DNA of 58,158 bases, filler included, from Basidiobolus meristosporus CBS 931.73 (Eukaryota > Fungi > Basidiobolomycota), in assembly GCA_002104905.1 (NCBI GenBank). It is 3 parts of 3 records of this genome, joined end to end, with 100 filler letters (N's around TTAATTAATTAA, not from the genome) between each part and the next. Parts side by side here need not be neighbours in the genome. Positions count along the whole stretch, not along the records: positions 20,004 to 39,357 come from MCFE01001032.1; 2 more parts are not named here. One strand, written 5' to 3'. Below are positions 24,617 to 36,057 of the stretch, piece by piece. The notes under the pieces were generated by a model, which was not told where the DNA came from, made no database searches, and was given only the letters and a program-made list of their open reading frames with translations. Numbering within the stretch: the stretch's first letter is position 1; each line of letters opens with the position of its first letter. Position numbers and translations under genes: made by a program.

Positions 24617-26473
24617 TCAGTCTTCCTCAATGAAGCCACCTGTCCTTTCTTGAGATAGAAATCTACATGATGTCATTGATCGGATATTGTTTGAGTCCAC
24701 ACCACAGAAGGTTGCAGTTAGTCCTGGGCTCTCTGAGTATATAGTATACCATGCTGAACCATCTGGGTAGTTCACTGCAGTTGCTCTTGCTTTTACTTCC
24801 CATGGTCTTCCAAGAAGTAATTCAAAGTTAGCCTTTGCACAAATGAATACTGGGATCTCATGGGGTATTCCTTCAATGATGAGAGGGAAGCTGTGAATAA
24901 TTCCTAAAAGCTTTGATTGCCCTGAGTTGGCATCCTTCATGCTCCAATTGATATTGGTGTCTATGGGCAATAGGTCTTTGCATGGTAGTTGTTTCCAAGC
25001 CTCCAAAGGCATCACACATATCTCAGATCCACTATCTATATGACATAGGATTTCTTGATTATGCACAGTTCCAGTAGTTGTTGCAGTTGCCACTGAGTAG
25101 TAGTGTTTCTGGCTTTGATGCAGCTTACTGATATCTTGGCTTCCTTGAACTGTCCTGACCTGGTTGCCTTGAGTTGCTTCAATTGGATGCTTTCTTATTC
25201 TGATATGCTCATCCAGAGTCTTTCTTACAGATGGTGATACACTGAGTAGCTCTCCAACCTTGATTGATATGTTGCTTCCTAGTATATGACTTGTCAGAGC
25301 CTCTGGGGTACCATTTTGCTTGACTCTAGGCTGCATGTGGTAGTTGTTGGCCTTGGCAGACTCTTGTAAAATTAATGGGGGTGATGCTTTCTTCTCAATC
25401 ACAACTTCTGGCTCACATCTTGGTACTTTTGCTGCTGGGTCTGGATTAGCCATTTTTTCAGGATGGTGTCTCTTTGAAGCATAAATTGAAGCTATATGAT
25501 CTTGGGCCTCTCTGGGGTCCTCATAGTCAAAGTTCAGAACTTCAGCTGGATCAAAGTAGTCAGGATCTTCTTCTTCATGGAGTTGAACCTTTCTTGTATG
25601 AGAGGTGACTTGCTTGTAGTGAACTCTCATTCCTCCTTGTCCAAATGCTGTGGATAATTTGTCACCATGCTTACTGACTATGTATCCCTGAGGACTATAT
25701 AGGACATCACCTGTGGATAGTAATGACTGAAGCTCTTGGCAATTTCTCTTGGAATGGTTGGCAGAGTCACACCACATGCATGTATATTTGACTTCTTTCT
25801 CTACTGGCTTCTGCCCATATGCTTTGCCGGTGAGTAGCAAAGAGAGTTTCTCTAGTTGCTGTGTCAGCTCCTGAATTTGAGTGCTTTGATTACTGGGATG
25901 AAGTAAGTCTTGGCTATCTTGGTTTTGTGCTGAGCTTGAAAGAAGCTTTCTGATTGGTGAGGTTTCTTCAGGGGCAAGTAGAATCTGCTTAGCTAACTGA
26001 AATGCAGGCAGTGAACTCATAGCTTTCACAGTAGGATTGTTTTCAATCCTTCTCACCAGGTCTTCTGGTAGTGCTCTGAGAAGATAGGCAGATAAAGTGA
26101 GATCAGTTATAACTCCTTGGGCTTTCAGTGACTCTCCAATTTGCTCAAGGCCACTCAAGTATTCTTTCAATGGTAGCAGCTTAAACTTGCTATAAGCAAA
26201 GTTCTCCAAGTCTTGAAGTGTGTAGTCAACTTGTCTCTCTCCATATTCATCAATCAAGTAGCTCTTCAAGAGGGTCCAATTTGTCAGCAGATCATTTCTT
26301 TCATATAATGAGAGCATGATCTCATCAGTGCTGTAGGGGGGCATCTCTTCAGCCATAATGGCCTCAGGTATTTTGTGGGCTCTGCAGAAAAGCTCCCACC
26401 TCTTGATGAAAGCTTTGACTTTAGTTCCATCAAAGAAAGGGGTTCCTTGCATTCCTGGTAAAGGTAGATCCAT
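24617..26473 (-). CDS. gag: Gag-protease polyprotein, 618 aa, intact ORF
   Basis: CCHC knuckle CMWCDSANHSKRNC and retropepsin motif HIDSGSEICVM...LLGRPW. No RT, RNase H or integrase motifs before the stop. Confidence 0.9.
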   Translation of the reverse strand: MDLPLPGMQGTPFFDGTKVKAFIKRWELFCRAHKIPEAIMAEEMPPYSTDEIMLSLYERNDLLTNWTLLKSYLIDEYGERQVDYTLQDLENFAYSKFKLLPLKEYLSGLEQIGESLKAQGVITDLTLSAYLLRALPEDLVRRIENNPTVKAMSSLPAFQLAKQILLAPEETSPIRKLLSSSAQNQDSQDLLHPSNQSTQIQELTQQLEKLSLLLTGKAYGQKPVEKEVKYTCMWCDSANHSKRNCQELQSLLSTGDVLYSPQGYIVSKHGDKLSTAFGQGGMRVHYKQVTSHTRKVQLHEEEDPDYFDPAEVLNFDYEDPREAQDHIASIYASKRHHPEKMANPDPAAKVPRCEPEVVIEKKASPPLILQESAKANNYHMQPRVKQNGTPEALTSHILGSNISIKVGELLSVSPSVRKTLDEHIRIRKHPIEATQGNQVRTVQGSQDISKLHQSQKHYYSVATATTTGTVHNQEILCHIDSGSEICVMPLEAWKQLPCKDLLPIDTNINWSMKDANSGQSKLLGIIHSFPLIIEGIPHEIPVFICAKANFELLLGRPWEVKARATAVNYPDGSAWYTIYSESPGLTATFCGVDSNNIRSMTSCRFLSQERTGGFIEED

Positions 26474-26525
26474 GGTCTTGATAATTTGTTCTTTCTTAAG
26501 TCTTCTAGGGGCAGTTCAGTCAAAC

Positions 26526-26543
26526 CCCCCACGTTGGGTGCCA
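26526..26543 (-). promoter_or_regulatory. PBS, tRNA-Lys(CUU) type
   Basis: Minus strand reads TGGCACCCAACGTGGGGG against the canonical Lys1,2 PBS TGGCGCCCAACGTGGGGC, 4 nt from the LTR end. Confidence 0.8.
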
Positions 26544-27403
26544 AATATGTGGTGGTGTAGAGGTACTCCTGGGAGAAGCTACACAACTCAAGGTGTGTGA
26601 GGTGTCTGATGGGTGCAATAACCTCTGTGTCTAAACTGCTGGTGTCTTTGTCAATATGTCACTATGGTAAAAGCTCCTGCTTCTCTAGCTTCCTAGGTGC
26701 TCCAAGTGTCTCCAAAGGCCTCTGTGTGTCTTGTGCACTACCCTGAAAAGCTCCTTGATGGCAGGTCTGAGATGTACTGTTGAAGGCAGGTGCAGTGATC
26801 AACTGCTAATCAATAAGGTAGAAGTGTTACTGATAGAAGGGATGATTTATTGATGAGGGATTGCTTTCCCTTAAATACTTTTCCTGATTGCCAAGTGATT
26901 ACTAATGACAAGGTTCTAGAAGATTCTAGGTATCAGTGGAATTCTTGATGACATCACTACGAGCTAAAAATATGCCAAGAATGTCCTGGAAGGTTCTAAA
27001 AGGCACAGCACTCTCAACCAATCAGGAATCAGTAGTCTGAAACCTGTGCAACATAGAAATACCATATATGGTATTGAAATGGTAGAGATGGTAACACAGA
27101 CCTAGGTCATGTGTCACGGGTACTGACGCGGGTACTTGCCTTATATAGATACATCTACTGATCACAAAGCTGAATAACATCTGGGATAACTAATGCTAAT
27201 AACTAATCAGGGTAAACATCATATGGGGATAATACTGATAATATGGGCAAAAGAAGAATGGGATAATACTGATAAGATAAAATATGGATAAGTATATCAT
27301 AATCACTATATGAATAAACTTGTCTGTGGGAGGTATGTTTACCCTACCACAACGGATGATCCCAATTGGATCCACCAGTGGAACCAAATTATTTTTCATA
27401 GGG

Positions 27404-30400
27404 CTATTGTGGCAAGCCTCTCAGCCATGAAGCATGCAGACAGCATAGCAAGTATTACAAGGATCATGGCCAGTGTTTTGCCACCCAAGTCATACTTGAC
27501 CATTCATTGGTCACCATTGTACCAACATTATCTTGCCAGTCAGTTGATACTTCCATATTGGCACCTGGCTGTCTTTGTCACCATGCGCAAACTGAGTCTG
27601 GTGAGTTTGTGATGCCTTTAGGCTAACCTTGGCCTTCTGAATATGGCACACAGAGTGATCGCTCTGACAAAGAAGGTTCACTGAAGGATTTTGAGTCTAT
27701 TTCCCCCAACAACAGTACCACATGTGCGCCCAGTCAAATCCCTATTTGCAATGAGATAGCATATGTTGAAACACATGCCAAGGATACTTTATGGAGCCAA
27801 GTGAACCCAGTAGTCCATTTTCTTGGTGAATGATGTAATGTTGTGGCTACAGAAGTGGCATGTTTCCACCAATATCAGTAATGGGGGCTTTCAGGATTTA
27901 TTACTACTTCATGCCAAAAACATACCAGGATGGAACTTACAATGTCCATGGGACATGTGGACAACTGTCATGTGGTTGGCAACATATGATCCAGAGACTG
28001 TCCAGATTCCAGCATGTGTTAACAGTTGCATGGCATTCACATCCAAATATGCTGCCATTGCAACGTGTCAAAATTGACAGGAATCCACCACCATTGAATG
28101 AAAACATTGTTCATACTCCAGATATATTCTGGTCATACCCTGACTAAGTAAGCTGAGGCAGCTCAACAAACATTGCAGAGCTATACAGTATTGCGCTCAG
28201 TATCAATCAAGTGCAAGCATATCCTATATATTTGATGGCAAGCTTTACAAACAGCTAAGAAGCAAGGGCTACTTTGCAGGAATGTATGACCATGCCTTTG
28301 CTTTAGCACTTGATAGATTCTCATTAAACAAGTACTCCACCAACAAATCCTGCTGGCCACTGATTCTCATTAATCTGGATCTGTCACCCATCGTATTGTA
28401 TCAGAGCAATAATCTGATGGTAGTCTTACTGGTATCTGGGCCTGAAACACTGTCCAACCTGGATAGCTACCTGCATCCATTGCTGGATGACTCTTGTATG
28501 CTTTCCAGTGGGATAACAGTTATTGGCTATCATGAAAAGCACATATTTTTATCCGTATTGGAGATACCCCAGCCATCAGCAAGATAGCAGGTTTTTCTGG
28601 GCACAATGGATGGTATTGCTGTCAAATGTGTGAGATCCAGGGGATTTACTCCATGACCCACACACTTTATTATTACCTAAACACTAGCACTAAGAATATC
28701 ATCTTTCCATAGTGAGGATACGCAAAAGTCAGCATGCAATGCAGCAAAGTTGGCAAGCTATAGGCCATTGGCCAGAATATGGAATCAACTGGAAACCAGA
28801 GATACTTAAGATAGATGGTACTTGTTGGAGAAAAAGCTTTCCGCTGGGAGCAATGCATTTGCTTTTCAACAATATCCCTATACTGATGACCAAGTTGTAC
28901 ATAGGGCATTTTAAGCTAAATGAGCCCTTTGAGATACTGGAGAAATTTGAAAGAAGTGGCAAGATATTACAGAATATCTGCTACTCTAAATACTTCTCAT
29001 GGGCTCCAATTAATCTTCATCTGCATATGCAAAAATACAAATGCAAAAACTGGATGAACTGGATATGTATTTATTCAAGTGGCATTCTGAAGCCATTCCT
29101 ACCAAGAGTACATTGGAAGCATTGGGAGTTGTATTTGGACATTGTAGGAATACTTATTCAGAATCATATCACCAATGCCAACTTGGCACATCATAGCTGT
29201 TGTGCAAGGAGTTTGTAATGGGATCTGAGCAACCATACTACAAACATAAAGCTGATTGTTTATATCTCTCCCACTACTGTATCCATTCTCTACTCAAACT
29301 TGCATGGTGTGTGGAGAATACTGGGCCTTGCTTCACCTTTTGGGAGTTTCCTATGGAGCAGATGTGTGGGGAGATAGGAAGTCAAGTCAAGTTGCAGGTA
29401 CTACCATATCCCAATCTCATCAAGAATATTACCTTCATGTCCATCATGGATGTGATGAGTTGGAACATGGAGGACAGCCAGGAAGAGTTGGAAAATACTT
29501 AGGACAAATGTGCATATGGAGACACCTATGCCTATGGCATTAAGGAGCTAAGTAGCCCCAATGTGTGGGTAATCAGCTAAGTGATGCAAAGTTGGGTTGG
29601 GTGCAACAAGCAACTAACTTTTATCAGGAAAACTCTACCAAGGTATGCCGGATTTCTCATGGCCACAAACCAACTTCTACACCATTCAATATGGAATTCA
29701 CACAAACAAAAGCCAGAGTACATCTATAAGGGGGACAAGAATCCAGCAGGGAGAAGTATTATATTGGCTAAATACCACAAAGTTCTTTGCAGATATTCAA
29801 GAGGTATTTATGGTAGAAGTGGCAACAACTAAGCATATATCTTTAAGATATATATGTTACCAGCAGTACAAGGTATACAGCAGCTTTGCAAGTATCATAC
29901 TAAAAAGCTGGAAAGTTGAGGTAATAGAAGAATGTCAATTGCAGCAGGTGCGTGCATTTGTAGAGGTTAGTATGCAAGTGGTTGCAGTTTTTTTTTGATT
30001 CAAACTATATGTGGAATACCCAAGGTATTAAAGGGTAAGCAAATAAAGAGGGGTGATTCTACAGTGGAATATATGAATTGCACAAGGGGAGGAAGAAAAA
30101 GGAAGTACTATTTGGTCAATTGGTATGGTAGCATTATACAGAACCAGCTGCAGGCTGTCATAATGCTAATAAAATGCCATTAGAGTCTTGAGGTGAGGCC
30201 ATCTAAATACTGTCAAGCTTCTTGCCACATAAGGCAATTGGATGTCCTGGCTAGTTAGATCCACTTAAATCAGTTGTAGAGTGTTAAAAGACCTCAACAA
30301 TGCCATGTAAATATCATCACAGCACCAACTAAATCTTATCAAGTTTTATCCCTCTATTTGGTTGTAAAATTAGCAATACACCATTGTGATCATGTTGCAA

Positions 30401-30516
30401 AATCATTAGGAGGGTCACTAATTCCAAGCTGCTAGTATAATGACAGCCTCTAAACAGGATTCTAACGGCTGATCCAGACTGGATCCACCCACAGGACCAG
30501 ATTATCTTCCATAGGG
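27404..30516 (+). mobile_element. CACTA copy 3, decayed transposase and right terminus
   Basis: Colinear with 1-3076, with fragments at 28282-29998. It ends in TTATCTTCCATAGGG. Confidence 0.85.
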
Positions 30517-30790
30517 AATATGTGTAAGTTATAGTGTAAGTTCTCTGGATCTCACACATTTGAGAGCAATACCATCTATTTAGCCCAACAAAGCTGGCTA
30601 TCTTGCTAATGACTGTGGTATTTCCACTGCAGATAGTACTATGCACCTTGACATGATGGCCATTTACTGTTATCCTGCTGGAAAGCATACAAAATTCATC
30701 CAGTAATGGGAACAGGTAGCTATCCATAGTGGATGATGATTTAGGCCAGATACCTGTGAGACTACCATCAGATTTTGGCTCTGAAGCTGT
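30517..30790 (-). pseudogene. Inverted CACTA transposase fragment
   Basis: ORF 30329-30853 contains DSYLFPLLDEFCMLSSRITVNGHHVKVH...SKIASF.G.NRWYC..MCEIQ. Confidence 0.8.
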
Positions 30791-31322
30791 AATATAGGTG
30801 GCAGATTCAGGTTGATGAGAATCAGTGGCTAACTGAATATGCTGGTAGAGCACATGCTGGGTAAAAACCCATCTAATGCCAAGGCAAAGACATAGTCATT
30901 GGTACTGTTATGAATAGACACAAGGCAGGAGGAAAAGCTAGGCATGGCAGGAAAGGACTTAGGTGTGGACCATCAAGGCAAGGCTGTTTATTCAAGACCT
31001 GTGTTTATCCAACTGAGGAATACTTAAGGGAGGATAGGACTATATATACTTTTTGGCTATACTGATGCCAAGAGATATTGGCTAATACTAATGGGGTTAT
31101 GGGGTGAGGCACAGCAATGGTGCTGGGGATAATGACATGGCACTGAAACCAGATGGGGAAATGGGTTGGCTCACCTGATCATATGGCTAAGTCAAGTGAC
31201 CTGGTATTCCTATATATGGTACTGAACTATGTAAAATACAATGGGAAGCTTTCATGGAATGTACCATTGTGTAACAATGGTTTGGAATGGACAGGAGGTT
31301 TCTGGAACGTGGTAGAGGGCTC

Positions 31323-32452
31323 TGTGGTAATGGAAAGTATTCCATTACTACAATATCTCTAAACCAATATTGCACTCATTTCTTTATTTTGCTTTTTGCT
31401 ATTGTAATACACAAGCGAAAGATCAAGAATTTCCAACTTGGAAGAACAAATGCTCCAGACCCTGACAAGCAATCCACCAAAGAATATTATATCATACAGA
31501 ACCCGCAGTAGCCAACACATGTTTCAAATTACAGCTCATTTGAAGCAGTACTTAAGGAGTTATGACCAAAAGAGTCCAATTATTATATATACAATGCCTT
31601 ATTGCTAGGATTACTATGGTGACTTTGATTGCGGGTAACTTCCAAACCAGCCAATCAATCTATGTTCAATCTGCGCCACTGCAAAATGTTAGCTTTGTAT
31701 CATGTGTATTGCTTGCGCAATTGCCCAAAAACTTTGAACCTTCATAATTTTCATATATATGACTTCCCCAGCTGAAAAATAAAGGGAGAGCCACTCTTTC
31801 CAGAATCTCCACACTACAATTACAAGTTTAAAGGTTATAAGACTTCCCCTGCATCACTTGCACTGTTGAGTATTCTGACTTTGATTGGTACTACATCAGT
31901 AAAGAGACTGCAAAGCTCACAAGAATCCAATCTAAGTTCTACAAGAAACTACCACTTTTCTGTTGGGAAAGTCCCCTCTAAGAAACCCCTTTACTCTAAA
32001 GACACCCCTTGAGACACCCCTTTAGTCTAAAGACCCCTTTAGAGACCCCTTTTAGAAACCCCTTTACTCTAAAGAAGCCCCTTTAGGTCTAAAGACCCCT
32101 TTAGAGACTTCTACAACACACCCCTTTAGGTTAAAGGGGAGTTCAGAATTTCCATATTAGGAAATATTTTCTCAGAAAGGAAAGTGACTTCCAAATAAAG
32201 AAAAGTTACTACAAAGGTAAATAAGCCCATTAGTTGACAGAAGGTCAGAACACTGCTGTAGAAGTGATAAACACTGCCTACAGTATATTTTGAGCCTAAG
32301 ATTGAGGAAATTAGTGAAAGTTACATCTTCTGTTGGTATATCAAACTCCCGATAAACTATTTCAGTATTAGCATACTGGAAGCTGTTGTACATTGTTGAT
32401 TAGCCTCTACATTGTAGAACAAGCCCCAAACTAATCAGATTACAACACAACA
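31323..32452. mobile_element. Solo LTR family G (1130 bp), TSD GCTC/GTTC
   Basis: TGTGGTAATGG...TACAACACAACA is the reverse complement of 41683-42877. The 4-bp flanks differ by one C>T. Confidence 0.85.
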
Positions 32453-33058
32453 GTTCCAGAAGGAATCTCTGAGAAATTGAGCTAGGAAGCTGAAATTTGG
32501 CATGGGTGTTCATGGTTGTCATGTGATCATGACAGGTACCTTCAATGTTACCCTTGCATCATAGCTGTTTGTAAGGTTGGCCATCAAGCATATTGAATAT
32601 GTTTGCACTTGATTGATACTAGACTTGTTCCGCTGGATAGTGCCATATAGTGCCAGCCTGTTTATGGTGCCAGATTGATCTGGCACTCTACGGCACTATC
32701 TGGTACTATAATATCTACTATGATGCCAGTAGTATGATACAGTTACTGGTAATTTTACTCAATCTTACCTATGTTGCTCAGAATAGTGCTTTCCTTGCTT
32801 TATTTACTCTTCATAATGCTCCAGACACATTTCTCTCAGTGGATGTCTTCTTGTATGAGCATACTGTACATTAATAGACTTGTTCTGTAGGATAGTGCCA
32901 CATAGTGCTAGCCTGTTTATGGTGCCGGATTGATCTGGCACTCTACGGCACTATCTGGCACTATAATCTCTACCATGATGCCAGTGGTATGATACAGTTA
33001 CTGGTAATTTTACTCAATCTTACTTATGTTGCTCAGAATAATGCTTTCCTTGCTTTAT

Positions 33059-33925
33059 TTACTTTTCATAATGCTCCAGACACATTTCTCTCAGTGGATG
33101 TCTTCTTGTATGAACATACTGTGCATTAATAAGTATCTTAACTATTTTACCTATTCTGCTGTTTTCTTCTATATATGACTTTCCTCTGTATTTACCTGCC
33201 AATATGCTGAATCTCTTCAGATATTCAAATGTGTGCTCTACCCTCACTCTGAAATGATTAAATATCACATTGTAGAGCTTCTGCTTCCTGCTAAGCACAC
33301 CATTTCTTGGCTTCCTATAAGCTGTAATACATTGTAATCTCTGACAATCCTCTCCTATATAGGCTAAGTCTGCCATACATTTCTCCCCTCTACTGAATTC
33401 AGGATTACTCTCTACCCAGAGTGCTTTGTCATGCCTACTTTCAGCAAATGACCCACTAAACCAGATGATGTTACCCTCAATGTCAGACAGTGCTTGAAAC
33501 TTCACACAGTGTGCCTTGTACTTGCCAGAATAAAAGTGCCTCTGCCCTCTAGAAGGTCTGTTAATCCTCACTGGGAAGGTATCCAAAATGCTCCTGATAT
33601 GGAACCTGTTGCTGAACACTCTGGGAGATGGAAGTCTATTGTAGCTTCTGAACCTAGTATTCCAAGCTTGCTCTAAGTCATTCATACCCTCTGCAAGGTG
33701 GTTCTCCATTGCTGTCAGCTGGGAATGAAAGCTTCTAGGACTTTTGTTGCCATGGATGGTGAGATGAAATCTTGTAGGGCAATAGTTCTTGTAATAGCAG
33801 AGAAGCTTAACAAGGGATCTCCTTGAGTAGATTGGGGTTGATGGTTCACAGTACTTGGAATAGATCTCCTCTAGTGTGTCAAAAGAAATCCAGTGGTAGT
33901 GATGGGATTGATGAGAAAAGACCAT
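33059..33925 (-). CDS. DDE_Tnp_4 transposase (PIF/Harbinger superfamily), 288 aa
   Basis: ILDTFPVRINRP, YSGKYKAHCVKFQ, SRHD, MADLAY and RVRVEHTF.YLKRFSIL form the DDE triad layout of Harbinger/IS5-like enzymes. Confidence 0.85.
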   Translation of the reverse strand: MVFSHQSHHYHWISFDTLEEIYSKYCEPSTPIYSRRSLVKLLCYYKNYCPTRFHLTIHGNKSPRSFHSQLTAMENHLAEGMNDLEQAWNTRFRSYNRLPSPRVFSNRFHIRSILDTFPVRINRPSRGQRHFYSGKYKAHCVKFQALSDIEGNIIWFSGSFAESRHDKALWVESNPEFSRGEKCMADLAYIGEDCQRLQCITAYRKPRNGVLSRKQKLYNVIFNHFRVRVEHTFEYLKRFSILAGKYRGKSYIEENSRIGKIVKILINAQYVHTRRHPLREMCLEHYEK

Positions 33926-34301
33926 TCAGATGAGTAAGTCATATTAAAATTGGTGGATGATTGTATGGAGACGGTTTGAACTAATTTGGTGCAATCTGCG
34001 TTATTTATCTGCTTTTTAATACATTATGGTTAAATCTCCATCAATTGCCATGTATCCCATCATTATGTTGCAAAAGTCATCTGCAAATAATGCATTGGTA
34101 CTTTTATTGATGCTCTAATCATTGGTCTATAATCAAATAGGAAATCTGCAATTGATGTGATCTGATCTGTGTCAACATGATCCAAGATGCATCATACATA
34201 ATATATGGAAAATTCAACAATCACATTAGTTTTCATATATATTTTATATAAGACCAGGTTGATGCCAATATACTGCTGTATAAGTATCCAAATCCATTGC
34301 T

Positions 34302-35162
34302 ATGGCCCCCATACCAAGCCGCAACTCATCTTTAGTACAACCCAGACATAACCCATCCCCCAGCTCACAAGCACAGTCTGGACTGGAAAAGTCAATGTTG
34401 GATCCGTTCAAGTTCTTGCCAAATGATTTTAGTATGGCCCGAGTGTCTATGATGAGCCTTCTTACAGATATTTGGGCACTACTGATTAATCTAGCAGAAC
34501 TAGATACCTCAGAGAGTCAACAAAGATGGAAGAATTTGAGTAGAAAGCTGTGGCATGAGTTCTACATCAAGATGCCTGCCAATGTATGTAAGAAGATATA
34601 TAACAAGACAAGTATTGAAATCAAGAATGAGCTGAGAGTGAGGGGATTTGACAAAGAAGCCGCACAGGAACAATTTTGCGCGCAATTTGCACAGTACGGG
34701 CCGGACGCATCTGTTTGTGCCTCAACTTTGGGAACCAAAGAGATTTTGAATGAATTTTTGCCTCAAGTGACTAACGTACTACTTGATATATTAGTAGAGC
34801 TAAGTGGCTTCCAAGAGCAATATACACAGGACTCATCCAGGCAACAGCTCCAAAGTATCACACAGAGGGTAAATGAATACCTTGAGGAATCAGATGGTGA
34901 GCTTCAGGATCAAGAATACAGACTGCAAGCAACATTGTCCAGATCACGCCAGCACGCCTTGCTGGATTCCCTACCATCTCTTGCAACCACAGCGCGCCGG
35001 CACACGTCAGTCCAGACCATGCCAACACCCTTTACCATAACGCCCCTCATTGAGTCCATGTGCACGCTTCAGAGCAAAACTACAAGAACTTGCCAAACTG
35101 CTCATTTAGACACGGGTCCATTGGAGCAGACCAAGTTGCGTCAACATGCAGCATCACATTGA
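34302..35162 (+). CDS. PHIS ORF2, putative Myb/SANT-like DNA-binding protein, 286 aa
   Basis: Divergent from the transposase inside the same TIRs. RWKNLSRKLW..FY......CKKIYNK resembles a trihelix motif. The 3' half is repeated at 8880-9150, and the same frame reopens at 35196-35534. Confidence 0.5.
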   Translation: MAPIPSRNSSLVQPRHNPSPSSQAQSGLEKSMLDPFKFLPNDFSMARVSMMSLLTDIWALLINLAELDTSESQQRWKNLSRKLWHEFYIKMPANVCKKIYNKTSIEIKNELRVRGFDKEAAQEQFCAQFAQYGPDASVCASTLGTKEILNEFLPQVTNVLLDILVELSGFQEQYTQDSSRQQLQSITQRVNEYLEESDGELQDQEYRLQATLSRSRQHALLDSLPSLATTARRHTSVQTMPTPFTITPLIESMCTLQSKTTRTCQTAHLDTGPLEQTKLRQHAASH

Positions 35163-36057
35163 ACTCAGCCAAGGGCCATCTCAACGCATTGAGGCGTGCC
35201 TGCATGTGCCATTTTGCCTGACCATCAGCAAGTTACTTCTGGTGAACTGATTGATGATGACCAACATGAAGTGCCTCAACCACCGGAGCCCTTAGCAAGT
35301 AAAAGAACGTGTCAGTGTGTGGCACTACAGGCCGGTTCAGCTGGTTCAGTTGGAGCAATTCAGCGCGGCCAAGCTGCAGCATTGCACTCATCAACTAGGA
35401 GGCAAAATACTGACTACAAATACACAAGTAGCCAAGATGATAGTCAGCCAGGAAGTAGTATAGGTGTGCAAAGTGAGTCACTACCAAATGCTTCAGTAGT
35501 AATCCCTGTGAGAAAAAAACCCAGGAGAAGATGATGCAATTGCTTAGAATTGCTCACATTTGTAATGATCTCAACAACCCATTTTTTTGCAATCCATATC
35601 AAGCCATTGCAAATCAGTGATCATCAAATTTTTGATATAAGTAATATCAAGGTTGTCTCACATTTGAGACAGAACCCCTATAAATAAACACCCTGCATAT
35701 ATATACGTCATTTGTAATACCAGTGCAGCTATTGGATCTGTTTTGCACCTACACAATTGCTTGCGTGCCAGCTATGACACCTTGTCCAATCACTAGGATC
35801 AGGGATTTACTTGCTCAATGGGCAAAATGGGAGATTTGATGGCAAATCAGGTAGCTTTTTGAGTAGTCAATGAGCCAATTGGGGGCTGCCAGCTTCAGGA
35901 TACTTTTGGACCAATTAACCACTGAGATACCGTCCAATTAGTGTGAGGGTAACCAAAATGGTAAGTATCAGTGTAGCTTATAGTGTGATATACATTTATT
36001 TCCATTTACATTAAAGAAACATATCCAAATACCGGATTTTACCTGTTATAATAGCGG

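Larger units (their letters stand above)
23735..27351 (-). mobile_element. Young Ty3-like LTR element (family A) encoding gag-protease only; 4-bp TSD ACGG
   Basis: Two 804-bp LTRs (23735-24538 and 26548-27351) differ at the 5 positions I could find. TSD ACGG at 23731-23734 and 27352-27355. PBS 26526-26543; PPT next to 24539. Confidence 0.95.
21401..27403 (+). mobile_element. CACTA copy 2, 5'-truncated, with a nested LTR element in its subterminal region
   Basis: Transposase fragments at 21743-23304. Joining 23734 to 27356 rebuilds the subterminus seen at 44000-44066. It ends in TTTTTCATAGGG. Confidence 0.85.
32621..36057. mobile_element. PHIS transposon copy 2 with a duplicated left end; right end cut by a Ty3 insertion
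   Basis: ACT|AGACTTGTTCC terminus, a second terminus at 32876, divergent transposase and ORF2, and 34950-36057 colinear with 8880-9976. Confidence 0.85.

Noticed and set aside
33059-33925. Bacterial IS5/IS4-like insertion sequence or contamination
   Set aside because: It is paired with an ORF2 and MITEs, nested with LTR retrotransposons, and shows the same CpG decay as its neighbours.
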